DNA of 64,000 nt from Planctomycetia bacterium TMED53 (GTDB lineage Bacteria; Planctomycetota; UBA8108; UBA1146), in assembly GCA_002167285.1 (NCBI GenBank), contig NHDG01000060.1, positions 6,208 through 70,207 of the forward strand. The letters are read 5' to 3'. This document shows, piece after piece, positions 40,001-48,688 of this stretch. The position numbers and the translations under genes were made by a program. The first letter of the stretch is position 1. Every line of letters starts with the position of its first letter. The notes under the pieces are model-generated. The model did not search any database. It was not told where the DNA came from and saw nothing but the letters and a program-made list of their open reading frames with translations.

Positions 40001-43000
40001 CAAGATCCAGGTCCGTGCCGATAGCATCCGTGGGATATCCAGTCTTCTCTGAAATGATCTCTCTCAGCAAGTCCGCAAGACGTGAGGTCGGTTGTGTCTC
40101 AGCAACAGTCAAAGTGTTGATGGGAGAATCGGTAGATCCAGGATCAATAGTGGGTGTGGGTTGGTTTGGCCCGTTGTTGGAAAGTTCACTCAATGATGGA
40201 GTTTCAGAGTAGTGATCGATAATTGCGGAGATGGTGCGCAGTGATCCCAGTTTTTCTGCGGGCAATGCTTCTAAGTCGGGTCGGTGTTGGCGCAAAGCAG
40301 AGAGAATTTCCACGCGTTTGATGCTGTCTATACCAAGATCTCCTTCGAGATCGAGGTGGATATCTATCGCGCTCTCTGGGTAACCGGTCTTTTCCGCAAC
40401 CACTTCGATCAGTAGATCTTTCAACGGATTTTGTAGGCTTGCTGATACTGTCTCTGTACGAACTTCGAAGCTGGAAGGCTCAGGTTCTCCCGAGGCAGCA
40501 TCTGTCATAGGTATCGCTGCCGCAGTATTTCCAGCAGGTAGATAATGATCCACCATTGCATTCAATGTACGGAGTGACCCCAAGATCTCTGGCGACAGTG
40601 TTGGTAAATCGGGTTGCTGTTGCCGGACAGCTGACAAAATTTCTACCCGCTTGATACTGTCGATTCCCAAATCAGCTTCTAGATCCATGGAGGGATCGAT
40701 CGCCTCGAGGGGGTACCCTGTTTTTTCAGCGACGACCTCTGTCATGAACTTCAGAAGCGGCATTCGCTCTGGGGCCGTTTCTGGGGTTGAAGACTTTTCA
40801 ATCGACTCCGAAGCAACCATTGATTCAGATTCGTTGAGCTTTGTCGGTGCCTCTTCAATCTCCGAATAATGGGAAGAGTGGCTAGTGGGAGGGCTTCCTG
40901 GATTCACGCTTCCTGAATTCACGGTTTCTGAATTCAAGGAGAGTGACAAGGCCTCTTCAGCATTCCGTTGTGAGCGATCCAGTAATTCTCTGATCTCCTG
41001 AGCCTGTTCGAGGAGATCCATCAAAGCTTCCTGCTGATCGAGCAAGTTCGATGAGGATTGAACTGTTACTCCAACTTCTTTTGAAGCGGTCAGCGGTAAC
41101 TCGGGTGGGAGATTTACTCGAGCGCTAGAGCTTGCAGGTAGATGGGCTGGAGGTCCGGGCACGGGTCGTGCTTCCCGAGATGGGAGTCCTTCTCCAGGGC
41201 GTAAGTTTGCTCCTCGCAGTGATACCGCTGGACCTTTTCCTGTTACCTCTGGAGCCTGTGTTCGAGGTTTCCAAGTAGAAAGTTGGATGGGGTAACCCCT
41301 GCTTGCGATGACGGCAACAGTCCTCGCCAAAGCCCGAGAGTCTTCTTCACTTCCATCGATACTTTGAACCGTGATATTTCCCGGATGGGAAGCAGTGATG
41401 GATCGAATCAATCCACCGAGTACTTTCCCGGGTCCGACTTCAATAAATGTGGTGGCTCCTTGATTGACCATCGATTCAATCATCTCTTTAAAGAGCACCG
41501 GTTTTGCAATCTGGTGGGCTAGAAGAGAGCGGCAGGTTGTTTCGTCGAATGGATAAGGTTGCCCTGTTGAATTTGCGAAAACTTTTCCGGAGGGTTGGCC
41601 GAATCCGACTTTTTGCAAAACTTCTTCGAATGGTTGTGCTGCCGAAGCCACTTTGCTGGAGTGAAAAGCAGCGGAAACAGGAAGAGGGATACAGCGGATC
41701 CCCCGACTCTCAAGAAGTGATTTTGCAGCTTCTATCGCATCGAAACCGCCAGAAAGGACCGCTTGTTCAGGAGCATTTCTATTGGCAACGACGAGATCTG
41801 GCCAGTTTTCTTGAACGAGTTTTTCGAGCTCATTCAGTGGAAGTTGAACGGCGAGCATGGTGCCAGCATCCATTCCGCCTGCTTCTGCCATCAGGCGTCC
41901 ACGGAAGTTGGACAGTTGATGGAAATCAGATTCGCTGATGGAGCCGCTGGCAGCCAGGGCTGTCAGTTCACCATATGAGTGCCCTGCAAAGAGGTCGGCT
42001 TGAACTCCCAATCCGGTCAAAATTCGGAAACAGCCCAGGCTGACGGCTCCGATGGCAGGTTGTGCCACCTCTGTTCTTCGCAACTGCTCATCCAGGGAGT
42101 TTTCGTCACTGTTCCAAGAATGTACGGGCCATATCTTGGCTGCCAATCCGGTTTCATTTTCGGGATTCCAGTAACTGGATTCTGCGGCATCCAGGGTTTC
42201 CATCATCGCCGGAAAACGGCAGGCGAGATTTCTTCCCATGTTGATTTTTTGGGATCCTTGGCCCGGGAATACCATGGCTAATGATCCCTGAACTGGGCCA
42301 TGATCTCGATCGATACCAGCCGGGAGTTGCCAACGAGCCGTTTCCTCTTGTGACAATTTTTGCAAGGCTTGATCGAGGAGATCAGCGAGAGAGCCAGCGC
42401 CCGAGTAGGTGATCAGTAATCGGTGCTCTGCTGTGTGTCGGAATGATTGTCGAGTTTCACGGGCCATAGTAGAAATGGAAGAAGTGGAGTGATCATCTAG
42501 CAACCTGCTTCGGAAATCTCGAATCGTTGCTGACAAAGCTTCTTTTTCATCCGCCGAAAATGCCAAAATTTCAGTGATTCCTTGCCAATCGGTTTCACTT
42601 CGCCTTGTGTTCGCTTCTTCAAGAACTGCGTGAAAGTTACTCCCTCCAAAACCGAAGGAGGAGACAGCAGCACGTCTGGGATATTCAGATGGGCGTACCC
42701 ATGGACGAGCAACCTCTTCCACATGGAATGGGCTGCTGGGATCGGACAAGGCTTCAAGAGGCTTACGAATCTTCAGGCTCGGTGGTTGAACTTTGTGGTG
42801 CAATGCAAGTACAGCTTTGATGAGGCCCGCTGCTCCTGCTGCTGCCTTGGTGTGTCCGATTTGAGACTTCACAGAACCCAGTGCCACGCTGCCAGGGGTT
42901 GTCCCTGCTTGGCGATAAACCTCGTCGAGAGCTTTGAGTTCCGTGGCGTCGCCGACAGAAGTTCCTGTTCCGTGAGCTTCGACCATACCAATCGTACTGG

Positions 43001-44057
43001 GTGACACATTTGCGAGTTGGTAGGCGTCATTCAGCGCTCGCTGTTGGCCGGGGGCAGTTGGGGCGTAGATTGCCGCTCCCTTTCCGTCGGAAGAAGTTCC
43101 GACGGAAAGGAGGTGGGCATAAATCTTGTCGCCATCACGAATGGCGTCTTCTGACCTTTTTAGGACGACAACTCCAAGACCTTCCCCAAGTACGGTTCCA
43201 TCGCCATTTGCGTCAAAGGGGCGAGCATCACCAGTGGGCGAAAGAGCTGGGGTTTTCGAAAAACACATGTACATAAAAATGTCATTGAATGTGTCAACTC
43301 CACCAGTCACGACTAAATCTGATTTACCACTCCGCAATTCCAGTGCCGCAAGATGGACTGCGGCGAGGGAGGAAGCGCAGGCGGCATCGGTGACACAATT
43401 GGTTCCGTGGAGGTCAAGGCGATTGGCGATTCGACCAGCGACGACATTTCCTAATAGCCCCGGGAAAGAGTTCTCTTGCCAATCGACATATCCCTCAGAG
43501 ATCTTTCGGACGACGTCCTCGGCGATCTTGTCATCAACTCCTGATTCCCTGAGAGCTTTCCACCACAGCGGATGACCAAGACGAGCCCCCAGGGGAATTA
43601 CTAATTCGAGTGCACCCGTGACTCCGAGAATCACAGAGGCTTTCCTGCGATCAAAAGTTTTATTGGCATCGTAACCAGCATCTGTCAGGGCTTGCCGAGC
43701 AGCGACGAGACCCAGTAACTGAGATGTGTCGGTCGCTTCAAGGTCCCTTGGAGTAATCCCATAGTCCAAAGGATGAAATGGAATCGGCGAGAGGAATGCT
43801 CCTCGATTGCCGTAGGTTCTGTCAGGAGAGTTCTTATCGGGGTCGTGGTAATCACCCTCAGTCCAATAACCCTCGGGGACTTGCTCGATGTGATCACGAC
43901 CTGAACGAAGTCCCGCCCAATATCCATGGCGATCTTGGCTTCCAGGAAAAAGACAGCCGAGGCCGACGACAGCGATGTCGTCGTGCGATCGATTTGGGGA
44001 AAGCGACGGATTCGCAGAATCCCTTTGAGAGGGAGAGGATTCGTTGGGGCGCGTCAT
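37044..44057 (-). CDS. pfaA: PUFA-synthase subunit PfaA-like: KS-MAT-4xACP-KR-DH(PKS type)
   Basis: 2337 aa. KS: DAACASSLAA (Cys codon ~43377-43379) and EAHGTGT. MAT: GHSYGELTA (~41971-41984). Four LGIDSIKRVEILSA ACP cores. KR: LIVTGGARGVTAE (~38779-38808). DH: LRDHVLQGRAVIPAA (~37791-37832). Confidence 0.9.
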   Translation of the reverse strand: MTRPNESSPSQRDSANPSLSPNRSHDDIAVVGLGCLFPGSQDRHGYWAGLRSGRDHIEQVPEGYWTEGDYHDPDKNSPDRTYGNRGAFLSPIPFHPLDYGITPRDLEATDTSQLLGLVAARQALTDAGYDANKTFDRRKASVILGVTGALELVIPLGARLGHPLWWKALRESGVDDKIAEDVVRKISEGYVDWQENSFPGLLGNVVAGRIANRLDLHGTNCVTDAACASSLAAVHLAALELRSGKSDLVVTGGVDTFNDIFMYMCFSKTPALSPTGDARPFDANGDGTVLGEGLGVVVLKRSEDAIRDGDKIYAHLLSVGTSSDGKGAAIYAPTAPGQQRALNDAYQLANVSPSTIGMVEAHGTGTSVGDATELKALDEVYRQAGTTPGSVALGSVKSQIGHTKAAAGAAGLIKAVLALHHKVQPPSLKIRKPLEALSDPSSPFHVEEVARPWVRPSEYPRRAAVSSFGFGGSNFHAVLEEANTRRSETDWQGITEILAFSADEKEALSATIRDFRSRLLDDHSTSSISTMARETRQSFRHTAEHRLLITYSGAGSLADLLDQALQKLSQEETARWQLPAGIDRDHGPVQGSLAMVFPGQGSQKINMGRNLACRFPAMMETLDAAESSYWNPENETGLAAKIWPVHSWNSDENSLDEQLRRTEVAQPAIGAVSLGCFRILTGLGVQADLFAGHSYGELTALAASGSISESDFHQLSNFRGRLMAEAGGMDAGTMLAVQLPLNELEKLVQENWPDLVVANRNAPEQAVLSGGFDAIEAAKSLLESRGIRCIPLPVSAAFHSSKVASAAQPFEEVLQKVGFGQPSGKVFANSTGQPYPFDETTCRSLLAHQIAKPVLFKEMIESMVNQGATTFIEVGPGKVLGGLIRSITASHPGNITVQSIDGSEEDSRALARTVAVIASRGYPIQLSTWKPRTQAPEVTGKGPAVSLRGANLRPGEGLPSREARPVPGPPAHLPASSSARVNLPPELPLTASKEVGVTVQSSSNLLDQQEALMDLLEQAQEIRELLDRSQRNAEEALSLSLNSETVNSGSVNPGSPPTSHSSHYSEIEEAPTKLNESESMVASESIEKSSTPETAPERMPLLKFMTEVVAEKTGYPLEAIDPSMDLEADLGIDSIKRVEILSAVRQQQPDLPTLSPEILGSLRTLNAMVDHYLPAGNTAAAIPMTDAASGEPEPSSFEVRTETVSASLQNPLKDLLIEVVAEKTGYPESAIDIHLDLEGDLGIDSIKRVEILSALRQHRPDLEALPAEKLGSLRTISAIIDHYSETPSLSELSNNGPNQPTPTIDPGSTDSPINTLTVAETQPTSRLADLLREIISEKTGYPTDAIGTDLDLEGDLGIDSIKRVEILSALKQKRSDLPTIPPEQLGSLRTILQLVEALSPETNTSGVTFEAAVETAPNIEPTPLPSESSEPSESAILIPLLLSVIAEKTGYPEDAIGVELDLESDLGIDSIKRVEILSALRQHRPDLPAIPADQLATLRTIQQISSWYDQTDGISTTSEVPEPSIPSATNSNPLILAKPAVRTLPQRETTTELELDKEAQWWVIGSDPLLREEIVKELSQRNVDARHWSMNDNTPIQSPHCELGGMILIGSLEPGSNEPLEAFRWIREAGKRLRQHPKGQSSLHVITRLGGHFGISSDQSSGADLSESSLGGALLGMTRCAAREWADFVVRGIDLESVEVPPAKIAREVTEEIFHGEERWVGLQQGGRQELYLEAIQPEHFGRSPINSGDLLIVTGGARGVTAECLEALTRDSSPALYLLGRTPEPGHEPNWAHGVPDESLEAKLFELAAREKSPAVIRGEANLIRQSREILHRIEQLRSRGCEVTYRSVDVRQRDSLEAVLNEARQRHGSVKGIIHGAGVLADSWIVDKSDEDFVKVWQTKVDPALHLLDLCSTDDLHLVQFFSSTTATLGRKGQSDYAAANETLNQLAIRESQQRPSCHVNSIGWGPWDGGMVDSGLRDLFHSEGVGLIDLAQGADHFVSQVRSQAHCHHIALKSFGTHHDFLHEIGEFPGPKVTRKEISKPAVVPSQQPAISSEIPWEEQLALDISCESDPTLRDHVLQGRAVIPAALLVEWCAQVAAHRNPGLDFIGISNFRVLKGIVIGGREIAQLAFFSGPPTYNGDQLSVPVEIRSRDHEARLHAKAEVLLGQQKQVSSKISARTTAPAADHGDLLFHGDSFRCLNKILGMNDEGITFTAIGTPSPGKGFRSPLLPFWLLDPLRLDAIFQALIIWSNDTVGAPCLPCSISELRVHGHARMGELETRVELEQFSTSLASAKAEVLNENGEPLMTLSGAEVVIDAALVEAFQQQELSEETQH
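39535..40775 (-). repeat. Four tandem ~330-bp coding repeats (ACP domains of pfaA)
   Basis: DSIKR-encoding cores recur at ~39640-39665, ~39971-39996, ~40315-40340 and ~40648-40675. The antisense shadow ORFs in the track repeat MLSIPxS...GYPVFS. Confidence 0.85.
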
Positions 44058-45766
44058 GAAGAATTCCTCACGGTATCATTGAAGTTCATGGGATAGGGCT
44101 GATTGCCAAGATTCGGCAACACAGGATCGAACCAGGATCCTGAGGGAATTTGGTAACCGTACCGAGTGATGTCCTGAGCTCGGGTACGAACTGCCGCTCC
44201 GTACATCAAAGCATGGGCAACGGTGGCGACCCGTCTTTCACCAGCATTTTCAAGAATGCTGCCTTGGACCCACTCATTGAATGCTCCCATCGCTGGTCCG
44301 CACCAAACTTGGTAATCAAGGGCTCTTTCTGGGTTTCCGCTATTGGCCCAATCAGAGGATTTGCCAAGGTACCAGCGGAAAATGAGGGCCATGCGATGAT
44401 GTGAGTCTGACTCTGCTCTCTCTACTTGAGCAGGCTCTCTTTCGAGGAAGAAGTTTCGTGTGTGATTCCACACCTCTTCCAGAGGCATTCGAAAGATTTC
44501 TTTTTCAATACGAGCACGATCATTGACCGGAATTTCATCGATAGACTGATGGCTGCGATAAAGGTCTAAGAGTCTTCGCGCACGAGTTCCAAACATGGTG
44601 CCTCTGCGTAAAACCTGAAGGTGTACGCCCATCTCGAACATATCGGATGCCGGCGCCATGATGACATCTGCAGGCCCGGCTTGGGCGAGTAGATCTTTGA
44701 CGACAGGACTGGTTCCCGATTCGACGCAGGCTTGGTGCACGGAACCGACCACCACATATCCAGCTCCTAGTGCAAATGCTGAGGCGATCGCCGAGGGAGT
44801 GCCGAGTCCGCCTGCAGCACCGACTCGAACTTGGCGGGCTCTGGGAAGGTTGACTGCGATGTTGTCTCGTAGGTCGCAAAATGCTGGCACCAACGTGGAG
44901 AGAGGGCGGTTATCGGTGTGCCCTCCAGAATCGGCTTCTGCGGTGAGATCATCGCAAATCGGCCACTCACGAGCCCACTGTGCTTGATCTGCGGTGATTT
45001 CTCCCCGTTCAAGAAAGCTGCGTACCCACTCTTCTGGAGCCGGGGAGAGGAATCTCTTCGCGACTTCGAGACGCGAAGCTTTTGCCATAATGGAGATTTG
45101 CGGAGTGACCTTGCCGTTGACGTCGCGTTGTAAGCTTTGAATCCGCAATTTGACTAATGGCTCGGTCAAGTCGAGGTACGCACTCGCTTCAACATGGCGA
45201 ACTTTACGCGATCCCAAAATACGAGCCACTTCTGATTCGATCGTCGGCTCTGAGGGGCTATGGATGAGATTGCACCCCCAGGATCCACCTGGGTTTCTTT
45301 GTTCCAACTCTTCTAAAGCTTTGATCACGCGATCGGGAGTTTGTCCTGCCGCACCATAAAAAGCCAAGTTTCCTTGATGGGCCAAAGCAGAGACTAGTTC
45401 GGTGCTGGCGATTCCATTTGCCATGGAGCCACCTACGTATGCCTGCTTCAGTTGGTGATCTTGAATAAACTCGCTGCTTCCTAATGCTGTGGGTGGAATA
45501 GGGGGCAGGTAACCTTGAATCTGATCAGCAGTGACGGATGAAGAAGCGAAGTGATCATTTTCAGAGTTGGAGGCTGTCGTGAAAATTTGTGGATGATGGC
45601 TCTGGCCAGCGATGAGCCAAGCGCTATTGAGATTGGAAAATACTTCAGAGAAAGACACTTCCCGGAGGGCTTGAGTTTGGTTCAGTTTTTGAAACAAAGA
45701 GGGCTGCTGAGGAGCACCCTGGTGGTGTTCTCCCTGACCTTCATTTCCACCGAACCCGGTTGCCAT
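44054..45766 (-). CDS. pfaD: PfaD-family enoyl reductase (FMN-dependent, nitronate monooxygenase-like)
   Basis: 570 aa with YVGGSMANGIASTELV, GAAGGLGTP and SGGHTDNRP-type TIM-barrel ER motifs. It is the first gene of the cluster and is ATGA-coupled to pfaA. Confidence 0.8.
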   Translation of the reverse strand: MATGFGGNEGQGEHHQGAPQQPSLFQKLNQTQALREVSFSEVFSNLNSAWLIAGQSHHPQIFTTASNSENDHFASSSVTADQIQGYLPPIPPTALGSSEFIQDHQLKQAYVGGSMANGIASTELVSALAHQGNLAFYGAAGQTPDRVIKALEELEQRNPGGSWGCNLIHSPSEPTIESEVARILGSRKVRHVEASAYLDLTEPLVKLRIQSLQRDVNGKVTPQISIMAKASRLEVAKRFLSPAPEEWVRSFLERGEITADQAQWAREWPICDDLTAEADSGGHTDNRPLSTLVPAFCDLRDNIAVNLPRARQVRVGAAGGLGTPSAIASAFALGAGYVVVGSVHQACVESGTSPVVKDLLAQAGPADVIMAPASDMFEMGVHLQVLRRGTMFGTRARRLLDLYRSHQSIDEIPVNDRARIEKEIFRMPLEEVWNHTRNFFLEREPAQVERAESDSHHRMALIFRWYLGKSSDWANSGNPERALDYQVWCGPAMGAFNEWVQGSILENAGERRVATVAHALMYGAAVRTRAQDITRYGYQIPSGSWFDPVLPNLGNQPYPMNFNDTVRNSS

Positions 45767-45925
45767 CGATCGCCCCCTGACTGCCTGGAACTTGCGAGCA
45801 GGAGAAGGCCTGTTCGCAATCGCTCAAGATACATCCGGTAAAGCATGGAAGCACCCAGATTGGGGGGTGTAGGGGCTGATTGGAGGAAATTTACCGGGAT
45901 TCGTCCCAGGAGCGGTTCAACCTCT

Positions 45926-48667
45926 TCAGGGCTGCACAATCAGCTCGTAGGAGAGATCCCCTGTCGTCGGAGAATCGGGGCCAGAGACCCTCAGTAGCAT
46001 GAATCCAGCGGGATTTGAGAGGGTTCCCAGGAGGAAAGGATCGAAGAAGAAGGGGGGGACTGCTACCGCAGACTGGAGAGTTGCCAAGCTCGCGGGGTCC
46101 ACCTGCTCGATGGTCGGGATCATCAAAGATCCTTGGCGGCGGCAGATCAACTCCACTTGGAGAGACGTGGTGGGGCTCACCTGTAAAAGAAACCAGTCCA
46201 CATCATTGGGTGTCTCCAATCCCCCAGATATACGGAGACTCCTGGCTGGAATCAGGGGCGTGGTCGAAGGATCATCATTCAGTAAGTCCAATGACGGGTC
46301 CTCCTCCACATGGAGGCCAACTTGATATGGGAAAACCCGATAGAGATCTGAACCATTATCCAATCCCGAATGGGGTAGAACTTTTATCGTGACTCGTTCG
46401 CCGGGAATCAGACCGGGCATGAGCAGATGCAGTTTTTCTCCATCGAGAACTTTGGTGGCATTTAGAGTTTCATTGACTCCGTTGACAAAAACGAACACCG
46501 AATTGACCACCTGCTCAGATGGAGGTCTGGAAAAGTGAAGAACCCAGCTGTCAGAGGATTGTGGTGTTGCTGGAGAAGGATCAATTGAAAACAACTGCGC
46601 TTGGCTGGAGGGGTCGGGAAGTGCAGGATCTGGCCCCACAAATGAGAGCGGATTGTTTCCACTCGGGCCAATATTTTGCGGTAGTTGGTCTTCTCCCAGC
46701 GTGAAGGGATTGCCGTTATTGAGTGCTAGAGAATCGTTAAGAGGGGTGGAGTCCTCAATAGGGCCAAATCCGTCTTCCCAGACGAAAATAGCCACTCCGC
46801 CGGGAGTACGTTGCGGTGGTGGATCTACGAGATACCTACCACTTTCGAGGATCGTGCAGGTGCGCAGGACACCATCGTCACCCAACTCGATCTTTTGACC
46901 GCTGGCTAATGGGAGAGGAGCAGTGGTGAAGAGGGTCTCATCAGGAAGCCACTGACCCCATTGATATGTTTCTGGTTCAGCGAGCACCATTGGTTCACCG
47001 AAGCGATTAAAGTTGCCTGAAAAATCTGGCTGAATTGATCCAGGAAGTAGGCTGTATCTCACGGTTGTCAGATCGTATTCAGAACTCAAGCCTGTCACGA
47101 TACTGTCCTGAACCTGAATCATTCCACGAGGATTTTCTAACGGAGAAAGACCGCTGCCCGAGATCCAGCAATTGGTTACGAAAACACTACACAGGTCCAA
47201 TATCGATACTCCGACACGACCATTTCCTAGGATATTACAGTTTCGAATCAGAGCCTCTGACCCTGTGGGTATCGATGAAACAGAAACTCCATCGGTTCCA
47301 TTGGCGGAGATTTGACAGCGGCTGACTCGAAATGCAGCCGGTGCATCCCCGTCTAAGAAAACACCGGACAGGCCATTATCATTAATCAGGGAATCATCGA
47401 TTCGAACTCGAATGTCAATTTGATCCTCTGGGGTTGAATCGATATCGATGACGATGCCCTCAAGAAAGTTGTCGGTGACTTCGCAGTTGCGAATTTTTAC
47501 TTTAGATCCTGAGGGAAGATTAGCCTCAGGGAGTGTTCCCTCAATGGCTGCGAGATCAAGGTCAATTCCTTCGTCTCCATTGCGAAGTACCCTGCAGCGA
47601 CTGATTTCAACTTCAGCTTCTCGACCGAAGCCTGAATAGATCCATTGGCTTTCGATGCCTTCGTTGAGATTGTCACGGATTTCTGAGTTATCGATGGTGA
47701 TCTTGGGAATTCCGACGATTCGAAGTCCCTCTCCGTTGCAGTTACTAATGAGGCAATCAGCAACAAACGCCTCGATGGTGTTTCCTTCAAGGAAATCACT
47801 TCTGAAGTCAACTCCTTGAGTGATGGCTCCAGACATTTGGCAACGGGTGATCCTGCAGTAGCAATCTTCGGCATAAACGCAGCTTTCTGCGATGTTGTTT
47901 CCTGCCAGGATGAGTCCATCGATCCCGCTCAATAGATCACCCGGTCGAATATTGACGAGATCGGTTGGGAAAAGGATGCCGAATTGACTTGGTTGCTGGA
48001 GTGGGTCCCGGAGATTTGGATCAAAGGACGAATCAAATCCTCCGAAGACCATCATCCCTGGGAGAAGGAACAGGTTTTCAGGATAGAGTCCTTCAGAGAT
48101 GTGAAAGTTTACGCCTCCCAGTGAGAGACTCGCTGCGATCGCCTGCCCCATTGTTGGGAATGCCGATTGCGGAGTCTCCCCATCGGCCCCTGACAGAGGT
48201 GCACCTGAGCGTACATATCTGATCGTGTTGGGAGTGACGGGCCACGACGGCATCTCCGTACTGACTTCCAGATCGGAATCGCGAGCGAGGACGAGAACTT
48301 CAACCGTAATCCCATTCTGCAATTCTTCAATTCGAATGCTGGTATCTCCAGCGATGATTGCAGTCGGTTCACTGAAGTCTTTCGGTTCTCCCAGAGGCGT
48401 AACAAATACCAAGTATTCGATGAGCTCGGGATCCGTGAAATCATCGTTGGCAGGTTCCCAAGAGACTTGGATCCATTCGTCACCACCGATGAGATCGGTG
48501 ACTCCACCAAATCTTGGTTGGGTGACGATCGCCAAACCGCTGGATCCGAGTCCGGAAGGCCCCTCACTAGGGATCTGATCAATCGTTGGCCTAGCTGGTG
48601 GTGTAAATCTATCGCAGCCCATCGATAGCAGGATTAGCAATAGTAGGAATTGACTTATCCGCACCAT
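45926..48667 (-). CDS. Lipoprotein with Fn3-like domain and right-handed parallel beta-helix (PbH1/CASH) repeats
   Basis: Lipobox MVRISQFLLLLILLSMGC. Fn3-like WIQVSWEPANDDF..YLVF. At least 6 repeats of the type I(R/S)xCxIxxNxxxGIxI (e.g. IRNCEVTDNFLEGIVIDI, VSRCQISANGTDGVSVSS). Confidence 0.65.
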   Translation of the reverse strand: MVRISQFLLLLILLSMGCDRFTPPARPTIDQIPSEGPSGLGSSGLAIVTQPRFGGVTDLIGGDEWIQVSWEPANDDFTDPELIEYLVFVTPLGEPKDFSEPTAIIAGDTSIRIEELQNGITVEVLVLARDSDLEVSTEMPSWPVTPNTIRYVRSGAPLSGADGETPQSAFPTMGQAIAASLSLGGVNFHISEGLYPENLFLLPGMMVFGGFDSSFDPNLRDPLQQPSQFGILFPTDLVNIRPGDLLSGIDGLILAGNNIAESCVYAEDCYCRITRCQMSGAITQGVDFRSDFLEGNTIEAFVADCLISNCNGEGLRIVGIPKITIDNSEIRDNLNEGIESQWIYSGFGREAEVEISRCRVLRNGDEGIDLDLAAIEGTLPEANLPSGSKVKIRNCEVTDNFLEGIVIDIDSTPEDQIDIRVRIDDSLINDNGLSGVFLDGDAPAAFRVSRCQISANGTDGVSVSSIPTGSEALIRNCNILGNGRVGVSILDLCSVFVTNCWISGSGLSPLENPRGMIQVQDSIVTGLSSEYDLTTVRYSLLPGSIQPDFSGNFNRFGEPMVLAEPETYQWGQWLPDETLFTTAPLPLASGQKIELGDDGVLRTCTILESGRYLVDPPPQRTPGGVAIFVWEDGFGPIEDSTPLNDSLALNNGNPFTLGEDQLPQNIGPSGNNPLSFVGPDPALPDPSSQAQLFSIDPSPATPQSSDSWVLHFSRPPSEQVVNSVFVFVNGVNETLNATKVLDGEKLHLLMPGLIPGERVTIKVLPHSGLDNGSDLYRVFPYQVGLHVEEDPSLDLLNDDPSTTPLIPARSLRISGGLETPNDVDWFLLQVSPTTSLQVELICRRQGSLMIPTIEQVDPASLATLQSAVAVPPFFFDPFLLGTLSNPAGFMLLRVSGPDSPTTGDLSYELIVQP

Positions 48668-48688
48668 TCAGACCTCAAAAATCAGACC

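Noticed and set aside
39646-40212. 188-aa plus-strand ORF, and the similar ORF at 40651..40869, with internally repeated MLSIPxS...GYPVFS sequence
   Set aside because: These are antisense shadows of the four ACP repeats of pfaA. The repeat simply mirrors LGIDSIKRVEILSA on the coding strand.
39535-40775. Regularly spaced repeats that might suggest a CRISPR array
   Set aside because: The period is ~335 bp, the repeats are imperfect, and the region lies entirely inside a long ORF encoding ACP domains. No short direct repeats with unique spacers are present.
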